DNA of 63,666 nucleotides from Octopus bimaculoides (lineage: Eukaryota): positions 152,772,627 to 152,836,292 of the forward strand of contig NC_068981.1 of assembly GCF_001194135.2 (NCBI RefSeq), in the 5' to 3' direction. The notes below the pieces were generated by a model. The model saw only the letters and a list, made by a program, of their open reading frames with translations, searched no databases and had not been told where the DNA came from. A program made the translations under genes and the position numbers. Of this stretch, positions 38,320 through 51,084 are shown piece after piece (position 1 is the stretch's first letter; every line of letters begins with the position of its first letter).

Positions 38320-38640
38320 GATACTCAAAAAGCTTAGAGAAGCCGTTAGGAGGAAGATGTCGAACAAGGATTCCTATTCACCATGACAATGTGCAACATA
38401 CACATCTTTAGTAAAAAAAAGATCGGGCAATCAGCGAGTGTGGGCAAGTATATGTATAATTCAGGTCTAACGCCCACCGATTTCACCTGTTTGGTACAAT
38501 GAAGGATAATTTTCAGAGATAGCGATTTTTTGACAGAGACAAAGTAAAAGGGACTGTGAAGGAGTGGGTACAGTAGGGTACACCTAATTTTTTTTAAAGA
38601 CTATTCGAGAGTTGGGTTCGACAACGTTTAGACAATTTGA
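38320..38640 (+). mobile_element. Degenerate mariner transposase C-terminal relic
   Basis: LKKLREAVRRK, HHDNV (cf. HHDNARPH) and SGLTPTDF-HLFGTMK (cf. SPDLAPSDFHLFGPMK) across frames. Confidence 0.65.
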
Positions 38641-38680
38641 ATAACCAATGATTCTTAAAAACGTTTTGCCCGCTTTTGTA

Positions 38681-38872
38681 CAGGGTGTCCACAAAGTCTG
38701 GGTACATGGAGTAAATAAAATCATAACATAAACAATGAAATATAAGAAATAATAAATTCTTAAAGTATGTGTTAATCCCCATGTGGGTACATGGAGTAAA
38801 TAAAATCATGACATAAACAATTTACTATAAGAAATAATTAATCCCATGTACCCAGACTTTGTGGACACCCTG
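38681..38872. mobile_element. 192-bp Tc1/mariner-type MITE
   Basis: Perfect 29-bp TIRs cagggtgtccacaaagtctgggtacatgg (38681-38709) and its reverse complement (38844-38872), with TA on both sides. Confidence 0.95.
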
Positions 38873-40087
38873 TATTTACTTTCGTTATAACCTTCGCGGG
38901 GGTGTGTGCTCATGATATTTTTTCCCGACGTATTGTACTCCGAATTCAAATCCCATCGACGTCAACTTTGTCTTTTACCCTTTGGGGTCAAATAAAACGC
39001 ACCAGTCTGGGGCGGTGCAATGGGGCATCTGTTTAGGGTCCGGCAAAATGGAAACTGGCTTAATAATAATAGTTATATTTGTAGTTAAAATTGAAATTAT
39101 TGGAAACTATAAAACATTTTCACAAGGTAGAATACCCTGAAAGCAGCTATTTTTCAACTATCAATCTGTATGTAAACACAAAAAAATTTTCTATTCTCTC
39201 GATTCCTAATTTATTTATGTCCTACGGAGAAGAAAAAGAGAGCCATTTCATGACTTTCTCCCAGACAGTTATTATTTCCATCTTAAGGAAATTTCTCATT
39301 TCATAAAATCTTTAATAGTCACGGGTTAAGACATACTAAGGATCTCTAAAAAAGAATGAAATAGTGCTGTACATGATTACCAGTAACTAGAAACGTTAAG
39401 AAATTTATATTAAGTAATCAAAAAAAAAATTATAGATTTGTGAATTCTATGCATCTTTTTTTTATTATAGATTTCTAATCCTGTTTCATATTATAGCGAG
39501 ATTATTATCTCCCTTGCTATAGCTGCAATCGTTAAGGGAGCTACATGAGTAAGATTAATATAATTTGTCCATTCTAAGATCATTAACAGCTCCACAGGGC
39601 GCAGGTAATTTCTTATTAATATTTTCAGCAGCCTTACAATAATATTTCGCTTGTCTCAAACTTCTCAGTAAGTAAAACATTGAGAAATATTCTTCCAGAA
39701 AACACCGTGATTCACAGACGTATGTGTAAGGGTGCTTTAATTCTGTCATTTAATTACAGTCATTCTGAACCACCATTTTCAAGAGATTTTGAATCTATTG
39801 TATCAGCCTTACTACTTTATCTGGTACTATTTCATCTTTCTGTCGAAAGCGAAATACGAAATGGTCCGAACATTAAGAGGGGTAATAAAAAGGAAAATTA
39901 ATAACGGGTATTTTTATTACCAATGCAGATTCTACCAACCCACCTCGATACATAACATGCACACATATCCACAAAAGTATGTCTGTGTATCTATCTGTAT
40001 GTACGCTTGTATATATANNNNNNNNNNNNNNNNNNNNNNNNNNNNNNNNNNNNNNNNNNNNNNNNNATATATATATATATATAAATA

Positions 40088-41255
40088 TTAGGTCGTGGTA
40101 AATTTTAACAGCTGCTCATTTTGCGCCATTATTATATTTTGACAATCTTTATTTTTTGTTAGAAAGCTGACACGTCTATTTCTTTATTCTAACTCATTTT
40201 GCGCTTTATAAAGTATATATAAATCAATTTTTGCTACTTTTGTTTAGAGATGGATAAGTCGGAAATTCGTACAGTTTTGAAATATGAGTTCTTTCTTGGA
40301 AATACAGCATCACAGACAACTCGGAACATTAATGGAGTATTTCATTCTAATGTTATTAAACAGCGGGCAGTATCACATTGGTTTGCAAAATTTCGTTCTG
40401 GTAACTTTGACTTCACAAATGAGCAACGCGGTCGACCAGAAACAAAGGCGGTTAATGACGGACTGAAAGCCACCGTCGAATCAGATCCATCTCAAAGTGC
40501 CCGTGAATCATCGTTGTTGTTTAGTGTTAGCAAGCAATATTGACTCACCTCCTAAAGTGAAAAAGTTGGATAAGTGGGTTCCACATGAACTAGATAAAAA
40601 TCAGTAACAGCAACGTTTGGAAGCTGCTTTATGCTACTTTTTCGTCACAAAAATGAATCATTTTTGAATCAAATTGTAACATGTAATAAGAAATGGATCC
40701 AATACAACAACCGTAAACGTTCATTATAATGGTTGGACAAAGACGAGCCACCAAAACACAATCCAAAAAGCAAAATTTCTCAAAAGAATCTGATGGTGTG
40801 TGTTTGGTGGTCTGGCAGGTGTGATCCATTATGATTCCATTAAATCTGGACCAAAAACAGCCTAGATTAGTCAACAGATCCACTCCAATTTTATTGCAAG
40901 ACAACGTCAGACCACACATCACAAAAATGACAGTAGCTGGAGTTAAAAATTCTCCATCATCCACCATACTCACCTGATCTTGCCTCCACTGACTACCACT
41001 ATTTCCAGAATTTGGATAACTTTTTGACAGGAAAAATATTAATTCCGACGATGCCGCAAAACAGGCCTTCCAATATTTTATTGACTATAGATTGCCAAGC
41101 TTTTACAGTTCCGGGCTGGACAAGCTACCGCTGAAATGGCAAAAGTTTATTGACAATATGGGTGCATACTTTGAAGAATAAAACTATTCCTTGTATTTAT
41201 AAAACATTAGCAAACTTTTTTTTTTCTTCTACAAATTTCATACCTGATGACCTAA
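40088..41255 (+). mobile_element. Near full-length inactive mariner element
   Basis: TA-ttaggtc...gacctaa-TA termini. MDKSEIRTVLKYEFFLG..WFAKFRSGNF..RGRP HTH, WVPHEL, QDNVRPH and HPPYSPDLASTDYH motifs. Frameshifts and stops; the first catalytic Asp reads N (TCNKKW). Confidence 0.95.
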
Positions 41256-42269
41256 TATATANNNNNNNNNNNNNNNNNNNNNNNNNNNNNNNNNNNNNNN
41301 NNATATATATATATATATATACATACACACACGCAAACACACACACATACACACACACACATATACATGCGCAGGTTTGTTTCCATGTATTTATGTATGC
41401 GTATATATATATGTACACATGTGTAAATATATACATGATTATATAGAGATCGGGAGAGAGGGAGAGAGAAGGAAAGAGGGAAAGCGGTGAGAGGAAACTG
41501 CGTTGGCGATCACTTTCGAAGTCTTTTCTCTAACAATAACATTAAACAGAAGCTACAATCAATGTCAGAACTGTTGTCTTTATTTGGAGAATTTATTTAA
41601 TTTATCTTAAACACAGTTTTGGATCCAGTAATTTTGCTACTATTACCGTTTGTTAAAATACCGAATTGAGAATAACAAATCCTAATCCATGATACAGATA
41701 TTTTTCGAAATCGTAAATCATTTCCGGTGACTTCAACTGTACATAATTTATTTGTTTATTTATTTTTCAAGGTCTCTTCAATAACAAGAATGCACCAAGT
41801 AAACTGTTAATAATAGAATGGAAATACAGTATCAACGTTGTGTGGCTGCGGCCAGCATCGTAAATCATCAGGTAAACTCCTATTGAGTTGCATGCTGGTT
41901 CTGTTTCCTACTCGGAGCCAATTCTCTTTACTTTCGTTGATAATATCCTTATAGAAAGTATCAACACTCTACCTCGCCTCCCTTTCTCCCACAATCAACT
42001 TAAGGCTTTTTGCCTCTTAGACGTCTACATAATGGTCAGTTAAAACGTTGCCAAATGCAACTAAAGATAACTGTAAGCTGGTTTCATGACAAGATTTCAG
42101 TTCCCTCTTATTTCACTTCTTCGCACAACTAGTTAAACCTATTAGAAAAACGACTCTGAAACTTACGATTTCAATTTTACTTTCCCAATAGATATTGAAA
42201 AGATTGTGAACGTTTAAGAAACTAATTTTATTTGATTAATACATGATTTCACAAAATATTGAGGTCCAT

Positions 42270-43490
42270 TTTAGTAACTTCCCTCACCTACCATCCCTCC
42301 ACCTCCGGCGATTCCAGTCCCACCCCTCCACTTCATACATCTTTCCCAAGCTACCCCTTCGCTCCTTCAAACGAGCCCACAACCTACGTGACCTCCTGGT
42401 CCACAGTTTCTTCCCTAACCCCACCTCCCAACCTAGCTCGTTCCCCTGCTCTCGCCCATGCTGCCGCACTTGGCCCTATCTCTCCAATACCACCATCCTC
42501 ACAGACACTCATCATCGTCCCTATCGTATTACTGACTCTATTACCTGCACTTCTAGCAACGTCATTTACTGCATCTCCTGCTCTTTCTGTGCTTCTCTAT
42601 ACATTGGTCAAACGGGACGCCGATTGGCTGACCGGTTCGCGGGGCACCTACGAGACATTACACTCGGCAATGACACCCTGGTCTCGCGCCATTTTTGCTC
42701 TACCGGTCATTCATTACAGCACCTGTCTGTGTTCGGATTGTCTTTGCACATGGACTATCCGGACTTCCGCCTTCGTCGTGAACAAGAATTAATCTTCTCT
42801 CTTCGCTCCTTTGCTCCACATGGGCTCAACTCCCCTCTCCTCTCTTACCATGGCACCTGCTTCCTCTCTTTACTCCTACCCACCTTCTCCCTTCATTGAT
42901 ACCCCTCCGTCCACACCCCGCCCCACATCCTCACCCTACCCCCACATCCTCNNNNNNNNNNNNNNNNNNNNNNNNNNNNNNNNNNNNNNNNNNNNNNNNN
43001 NNNNNNNNNNNNNNNNNNNNNNNNNNNNNNNNNNNNNNNNNNNNNNNNNNNNNNNNNNNNNNNNNNNNNNNNNNNNNNNNNNNNNNNNNNNNNNNNNNNN
43101 NNNNNNNNNNNNNNNNNNNNNNNNNNNNNNNNNNNNNNNNNNNNNNNNNNNNNNNNNNNNNNNNNNNNNNNNNNNNNNNNNNNNNNNNNNNNNNNNNNNN
43201 NNNNNNNNNNNNNNNNNNNNNNNNNNNNNNNNNNNNNNNNNNNNNNNNNNNNNNNNNNTTCTTCCTAACTCTCTTGTCCAACTACCTTTTTCCAACCAGT
43301 CATCATGATTGACCGCTAAATCCACAATTTAAAAAAAATTCTTTCGCTCTTTATATCCTCGTGTTCGTTTCTGTTGAAGAGCGTAGGCTCGAAATGTAAA
43401 AGACTTTCTCACATTCCCGAGCGTCAAACTAATACACCTGCTTGTTGTTTATACACATGTCTTCATCTTTTGTTTTTCTGTAAATTTCAA
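42270..43490 (+). mobile_element. Penelope-like element 3' fragment: linker, GIY-YIG endonuclease and tail
   Basis: PLRSFKRAHNLRDLLVHS linker; CTSSNVIYCISCSFCASLYIGQTGRRLADRFAGHL..REQELIFSLRSFAPHGLN (ORF 42243-42899); CT-rich tail across the gap; ttgaagagcgtaggctcgaaa motif. Confidence 0.93.
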
Positions 43491-43723
43491 TTATATAAAT
43501 ATATATCTAATATATATATATATGTATGTGCATATATATATATATATATGCATATATGTATGTGTGTGCGTGAGTGTGTATCCGTACATATATATATGAA
43601 GGTGTATATATGTGTATATAAGTGTATATGTATATATAAAAATATACATTATATATGTATATGTATGTCTGTGTGCATGTGTGTTTATATATGTATATGT
43701 GTGTGTTTATGTGTATATGCATC

Positions 43724-43776
<53 letters not shown>

Positions 43777-43960
43777 NNNNNNNNNNNNNNNNNNNNNNNN
43801 NNNNNNNNNNNNNNNNNNNNNNNNNNNNNNNNNNNNNNNNNNNNNNNNNNNNNNNNNNNNNNNNNGTGTTGATGATGAGAAAAACATGTAATCGTTACCA
43901 ATATAGCAAGAGATTTCACCGCAAAAAGTCTAAAGTAGACTCCTTAAGTTCTCCTTGGTT

Positions 43961-44096
43961 ATATATCCAAAATTTTAAATTTAAAAGAGAGTTTTGACGC
44001 TAATACCCATTATTTGACATAGGAATAGGAATAAATTTCAATAATTTCAATAATAATGGATATTTGCGTCAAAACTCTCTTTTAAATTTTAAATTT

Positions 44097-44106
<10 letters not shown>
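43961..44106. mobile_element. AT-rich hairpin, probably a MITE
   Basis: About 54-bp imperfect inverted arms containing aaatttaaaagagagttttgacgc / gcgtcaaaactctcttttaaattt, spacer about 37 nt, next to (TA)n. Confidence 0.7.
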
Positions 44107-44136
<30 letters not shown>

Positions 44137-45344
44137 TAGAATTATATCTTTGTATGTGTGTATATACGTCACAAAAAATCTTTATTGAATTTTAAACCTA
44201 GGAATTTCTTCAATCCATGGGTTTTAAATTAATAAAACAAACTTATGCTTATATTAATTATTTATTTATCATTAATTAACCTCTCCTGGACATATATTAC
44301 TCCCTTCTTAACTCAAGGATTTTTTTTTTCGATATTATACAATACAATATATTTTACTGCCCAATTTATGCACCCCGACAAGCCCAATCGTTAGCGAATA
44401 CATGTTTTCAAAATAAATTAGCCAATCAAATTCAAATGCTCATTCGTCGAATTGAACCATACCAAATTATATATTACCATTACAATTTTATTCCATTCTG
44501 TATCACAACTGCCCGACGGACGGGAACGTGAAACCCCGAGTAGAAATTGTTTTTGTGATGTTTTTGCAGCTTTAACAGAAAAGCATATTACTCTACCTTC
44601 GGTATTCAAGTACTATTTTTTCCACCTTGTTTTGCATTTATGTGCTTACTCGTGTGTAGGGTATATATATATAATACAAAAATGGGACAAGAAAGCAACA
44701 CATCCAGACAGTTAGGTGATACAAAAAAGGGACAACAAACATCCAGACAGACAAAGAAAAGAAAAGGACGGGTCATTCGGAGTTTTCTATCCTCAGTCGA
44801 GTTCCAGATCATCTCTGCAATTTTGGCTGGTTACACTCAAGAATGCTGAGAGCATTCTTGTGCAATGCAATGATAGCTACCAAAATTAATTATCTATATA
44901 ATAATCTGTTTGTTCGTTCATCCATTATACTTTGGTTAGTTAGAGAGGTGGAGATGAAGTGAGTGAGAGTTGGAAATGGATTGAGTGAGAGGTGGAGTAA
45001 AAATGAGAGAAAGAGAGGAAAGAAATGAAGGCGTAAATTCTTTCAAAATCTATATTATGTTTCTTACACCAATAAATACAAAACGCTGTTTTCTCTTTTA
45101 TAAGTAATTTCTATTGTTTTCTTTTCCATTTTATTTCATAGATATTATCATCAGGCTTGTTCCTTGACGGATAATGAACACTATCCTTAAGTACTTCTCG
45201 AAGAAAATGTCAAGTGAAACCAAGCCTATGGCAAATGAAACCAAGCCTGCTGAAGGTAAGCTAATGTTTATATTTCTACTAACAAGCTAGTGTTTGTTAT
45301 GTTTCTACTAACAAGTCAGTGCTTGTTATGTTTCTACTAACAGG

Positions 45345-45662
45345 TGAGACGAGAATGTGAGATGGTGCAGAAATGAGAGATGGTGCAGAAATAAGACAAC
45401 AACGTATGTTGAGGAGACAGCTCGTAGCATAGGGGAGCGGGAGTTTAAAGAGGAGAAAAGCTCGTCCGTGCTCTATCAACATGATCAATTAGTATATTGA
45501 AGATCGGTTGATAACATAAATGTTCAGGCATTATCAGCGCATAGAACAAACACGATACTGAGACAGATTAGAGAAGCCACACAGATTGTAATAGACAGAC
45601 CTAGCCTCAGTAGAAAACAAGAATGGAACAATAACTCCCTCATTATCACACTACGCGACTAA
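45345..45662 (+). mobile_element. GIY-YIG endonuclease relic of a second Penelope-like lineage
   Basis: One frame reads TYVEETARSIGER..SSVLYQHDQLVY*..LRQIREATQI..PSLSRKQEWN (cf. YVGETARS.GER..H and LRQI.EA.I...N.K.EWN). Confidence 0.7.
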
Positions 45663-45910
45663 ATGTAGAGTGGAATGAAAACAAAAGAGACACAATTACA
45701 AACAGTATAATACATAAAGCCATACACACACACACACGCACAAAAGACACACGTACCTAAGACGAAATCGAAAAAGAAATAGAGAAATTAATAAGTAAAT
45801 AAAAAAAACTAAATAAAGGGCGCGAATACAAACAGTATAGTAAGGAAACCCATATACACACACGCAAAACACCAATACAAAACACATAGACAAGCATGCA
45901 CACACGTACA

Positions 45911-45948
<38 letters not shown>

Positions 45949-46380
45949 TACAGACGTAAACGCATGCGCAGATAAGGATACACACCACAGAAAGATTGAA
46001 TGGACTAAACAGAACAGGAGGAGACATGTGGGATGGAGGGTCGCTGAAGAGGTCACAGGTTGTGTGACGAAAGATCTCCAGACAGTGGACATAAAATAAG
46101 AACAATAATAAATCTGAAGTGAAGTAAAAAAATGACCGTCCCAAAATATAACAATATCATTATTATCATTAAGCTATATTCTCTGAATATATATATATAT
46201 ATATATATGGGAGAATGTACGAAAAAAAACAACAGACGAGGACAGGGTGTGTGTGTGTGTGTGTGTGTGTGCGTGTGTGTGTGTGTGTGTGCGTGTGTGT
46301 GTGTACGTGTGTGTGTGTGCGTGTGTGTGTGTATGTGTGTGTATATATATATATATATATACATACACACACACATATAT

Positions 46381-46415
<35 letters not shown>

Positions 46416-46828
46416 GATATGTTTAAGTGTATTTATGTATGCATATACTCATTCATTCATTCATTCATTCATCAGGGCATATGTCTTCAGCTGAAGGAAC
46501 CCCTCTCACACACCACCAGCAATTTCGTGCTGACGGAGTCATATGTTTCTTTAATTAATTGAAAAAAATGAACGCGCAAGATTTGTTTGAAAGCCAAGAA
46601 ATTATTTCTACATATGCGAAAGCTTGTAATGCATAATTTTTGTGCCATATAATTAAATTACCTTTGTGCGTATGTCATTCTTAATTTGCTATCTAAAATA
46701 ATACGATTTCATTCTTGTCCCAAAGTGTCTAAAATTATAGTTTTCTTCAAATGAAATACTAGTATTGATAGCCAACTATACTGAGCACATTTCCATTTAC
46801 AAATGTATGTTTTATTTGTAATGCATAT

Positions 46829-46960
46829 ACAAGGGTGAGCAAAAGTTGGTGTACAGTTGCTTAATATGAGTGAAATGTTCTTTCGTTTCTCTAATTTTTT
46901 TTCTAAACCTAAGAGATTCATAAGTCGAAAAAGAGATCTGCGGGAAATGCCTAATTTCCT
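46829..46960 (-). mobile_element. Tc1/mariner deletion relic
   Basis: TA-caagggtgagcaaaagttggtgtacag TIR-like end; minus-strand RKLGISRRSLFRLM HTH-like peptide. Confidence 0.45.
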
Positions 46961-46964
46961 CAAA

Positions 46965-47350
46965 GTCCAACCTTTGACCTCATCGTGGTGGGAAGGTTAA
47001 ATAAGTGAGTGTCAGAGCTCTTCTGTCGGGGACTTCGAGTCCCTGGCAGGGTGGACAGGTCTGACACTGGCGGTGTAACCCGACTAACTAGAGGACAATG
47101 GTGAATTCCAGCGGCGTCTGTTCCAGAATCCGGCGGCTTCATGGTGGCGTTGGATTGCGTCAGCGGGCATCCTGCGGCGAGAAGGCGTAACACGAGGACG
47201 ATCTACCACGGGTCATGTATGGTGGTTTACGTATTCAAACGGGAACTGTTTTCACGGACTGATCATCCTTTGAAACTCCTATGAACTCACAATAGGAGCC
47301 GGCTTAATCCCTCCCGGGTGAATACGGTTATAAAATAGGAGAAGAGGGAG
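46965..47350 (-). mobile_element. Probable RTE-clade LINE 5' region
   Basis: GC-rich island. The minus strand has gacctgtcca..ccctgccagg..gagctct..ccaccacgatgaggt, resembling the 5' block I recall for invertebrate RTE elements; not verified. Confidence 0.45.
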
Positions 47351-47871
47351 ATGCCTGGTTCATTGGAAGTTCTCTCTTTTGGTTTCTGGGAACTTTGAGT
47401 GAATGCTTGAGTCACTCATATTAAGCATATTAAGGTAGCGTAGAATAGTTAGTGGGCTGTTATGTAGATAATGTATGTATGTATGTATGTATGTATGTAT
47501 GTGTTGGTGTATACATATACATATATATACGTAGATAGATGTATGTATGTGTGTGTGGGTGGGTGTTTGAATATATATATGTATATGCACATGTATGTAA
47601 GCATATGGATATGAAAGTAAACACATCAACATACAGACGGATAGTTACATAGGTTATATGAAGAAACAAGCACACATATGCAAATGGAGACTGAAACACA
47701 TGACCATATATACACACACACTTTACTTCACACAAGATCACATATGGAGACACACGTCCCCACATATGGAGATGCACATCCATACATACAAGCATAAACA
47801 CATAGACAGATACATATGCACACACACACATGCATACACACACATGCATACATACATACATGCATGCATGT

Positions 47872-47909
<38 letters not shown>

Positions 47910-48497
47910 ATCCACACACATGCGCACAAACAAACAAAAAGAACGCTGGGTGAGTAACGGACAGAGTCAACGACTATTGAAAAGGTTGCAAGACGCAACG
48001 AAAACTTTAGAAAAATAAAAAAGAAAATAAGTGGAAATTTTACCTGTGTGTGTGTTAAATTATAAGGCACCAAAAGAGAATGACTCTCCCCAGACACAAC
48101 AAAATATGCTTCAACACACGAACTCACATAAAGATTCTTGCAAACCAACTTCAAAAACGAAGTAAATATTTATATTACTGACCGCCCGTTTTGCCGACGG
48201 GGAAATTCAAATGTAAATAGAATTTCTCGTTTCACACTTTGATCGAAAATTGAAGTGAGTTAGATGGAGTATTTTAGAATGATCGTTATGTCTTGATACC
48301 AACATTATATTGAAAGAGAAAAAAAATAATTAGAGGGCTTTATTATTTTAATCAAATTTATATCTGCATGGAATTTTGTGTTAGTTGCAACTGAAGGCCC
48401 GAATTGGTAAAATTGAAAATATTTTTGGATAAATTAAAAGGTCCATTTTTATAATCCAGTTTCTGAAATTCCACTTGAATTTCCAAGTCTGAATGTA

Positions 48498-48945
48498 CGA
48501 GGATTGATTGAAACGTTCTTGGGCTGACTATGAAGGGATGATGCTTGAGCTGTGAAATCTTACATACATTAATTGCTTAATTGCAGCTCTTCTTATTAAT
48601 AATCGCATTGCTTCTTTCCAAGTAAACTGATATGTATGTATGTTCAGAGAAGACTTCAAAAGCAACTAGGAGCGACTTCTTTGGACAAGAATTCGGTATC
48701 GTGGTGATATTAAGTACCTGCAGAAAAAGCGTTTAACCCCCAACGACATTCATGTTGATTTATTTGTTACATTAGATGACGCTCCAGCTTTTTCAACAGT
48801 GCAAAAAGTAGACCGCTGAGTTTTGGAGGGGAAGGGAAAGTCCTGAAGATGATCGGTCTGGACGTTCTGTAACTGCCACTACCGAGAAAAAACATTGGTC
48901 GTGTTCACCACATGATGATGGACGACAGGCAAAGGATTAGAGTTT
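48498..48945 (+). mobile_element. Mariner 5' relic (TIR plus N-terminal HTH)
   Basis: TA-cgagg start; IKYLQKKRLTP..APAFSTVQK and AEFWRGRESPEDDRSGRSVTATTEKNIGRVHHMMMDDRQ across frameshifts. Confidence 0.8.
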
Positions 48946-50129
48946 AATTTTGAATTAAAGATAAGTTGAAATACATAACAGTTGCTATTGGTATATATTT
49001 CAGAATATTTCGGTCGCTTTTTGCATTATTTTGAATCAAGTTGCTTTCTTCGTGTTTAATGCCTTTCTTTTACACTTCTACATATACCCATATATATACA
49101 TACATGCATACATGCATACATACATACGAATGTACACGCACACACATTTAAATACATGTGTGTGTGTGTATGTATGTACATGTATGTGTGGTCACGGACA
49201 GATTTATTACATGAATAAATATATTAACGTTCAGATTACTGTATATTTTTATTTGTTCACGTGATATTTAAAAAAAAAGAATTTTTTATTTTTGAATTAA
49301 ACATAGTGTATAAAAGCGACATTGTTTAATCCCAGGTCATCTTTATCGAACATTCCTATAACGAGAAGTGTTCCTCCTGTGATCACCCATTCTTTTCCAT
49401 ATTTAGGAAGGAAGTGTTGAATATGTCTTTCTCTTCGTTAAGAGGGATTTGACTGCTATTCCTAGAAAATAGAGCTATCACATAGAATCCATCCCGTTGA
49501 TACGTATTAGATATATTGTAGGGCAGTTTTCACTGATTTATCACTGGCTAATGTAAACCGATATGATTCAAGGTGTTTCTAAATGTATTAAATTATGTTA
49601 GATAGTTTAACCAGTGTTATTTATGGAAAGGAGAAATTTTCATTACCACCGCCGATTTTGTATCCACGGTTAATCTTATTATATCATTTAAATTACGGCA
49701 ATTATATCATTAGAATTACGGCAATTTCCAAAGATCATCAAGAAGAGGGACTCGCCCTCAAATGGCTGTGTAGACTGATCCTTTACGCTATAAGGCTTTT
49801 CTTTCTACCTATGATTAGTAGTTTTAAAAGTTAAGTCATTTCGCACAATGCGATTCCACTATTTAGATTTGGAGGTCTGATTACAGAGGCTACGCAGGCT
49901 AAGACGGCTGTATTGACCAGCAAGCTGTAGCTTTTACATTGATCTTCCAAGTGAATTGCCTTAAAGGGATAGAGAACTCCACCTAGCCTGAAGTTACCCG
50001 GAAGAGAGTCAAAGAGGGCACCGAGCCGCCTAGTTTCACTTCTTGATTTGCTGTTAATGTTGACACTCTTTTCCCAGGACACTCACAAGGTAGTGAGCTT
50101 TGTACTTGAAGTTTCTTCCTTAAAATGCT

Positions 50130-50290
50130 AATTTAATCATAGATGGGACCCTAATAGGTGCTACTACTCCCGATCAGAGTAGAGCTGGGAACAATGGTAG
50201 CTAAGAGTTGGTTCCACATCTCCTCAAAACCATGGAACTCCCGAACCAAGGCCTCGGATGCAGTTTAAAGTCATACCCAGGATTAATAAT
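50130..50290 (+). mobile_element. Interspersed repeat, possibly RTE-LINE-derived
   Basis: gatgggaccctaataggtgctactactcccgatcagagtagagctggg...gtcatacccagga. A degenerate reverse copy may lie near 28830-28980. Confidence 0.4.
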
Positions 50291-50491
50291 TTAAATCTAG
50301 TCCTAATATAGCTACAGTTAATAAAGTATTTTTAAAATGTACGTTCTCATACACACATGCACACATATGGTTTACTTAGATGGTTGTTTTTGGGAGGGTC
50401 CGGTTGTGCCATACACACACACACACACACAAAAGACACACGTACCTAAGACGAAATCGAAAAAGAAATAGAGAAATTAATAAGTAAATAA

Positions 50492-50685
50492 GCGAGTTGG
50501 GGTTTAGTCAATTATATCGATTCCCAGTACTTGATTGATAATTTATTTTATTTACTCCAAGAGGATAAAAGGTAAAGTTGACCTCGGCGGTATTTGTGCT
50601 AGGAACATAAATAGATCGAACAAATGCCGTATAATATTTTTTATCGAACGTCTAACGATTTTGTCAGCTCGTAATCTTTTACTAA
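50492..50685 (-). mobile_element. SINE family A, degenerate
   Basis: atcgattcccagtacttg...aggtaaagttgacctcggcggtatttg. Confidence 0.75.
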
Positions 50686-51084
50686 TACTTTTGAAATAAT
50701 TTAATATATTTTACAACTGTACCTTGAAGTCTTCATAATCTTTTTCTCAATCCACGTCAAATTTAACTTTATGTTGCAGACGCTTTAGAATTAAAAAGCA
50801 GTTATGGGTTGTGGTTTCTACCTCACTTTCTTCCCGTTTTAAAGAGACCCAATAAAGTCATTGGCGTTGTCCTTTCTCTGAGTAAAAGCCATTAACAAAT
50901 CTCCAATGGGTTACATAGCACCTGTTGAGTGTTAAAGTTTTTTATTGCTTCATATGTATTCATAGTCATATATAGGGTTCGAGATACAGTCGTAACTCAA
51001 ATCCTACCATGAGGTGAAACAATTTGCAGAATATGAAAGTTTTAGTGAAATTATATTTATGACATGAGACGACGGACGAAGGTT

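Noticed and set aside
45268-45343. Short tandem repeats (here 29 bp; also 26245-26320 and 54590-54630) as CRISPR-like arrays
   Set aside because: Eukaryotic context, 2-3 units, no unique spacers and no cas genes.
47150-47350. Possible HDV-like ribozyme in the RTE-like 5' region
   Set aside because: tcctcgt and ttctcgc loop-like words are present on the minus strand, but I could not build P1/P3 pairings by hand. An Infernal or RNArobo search would settle it.
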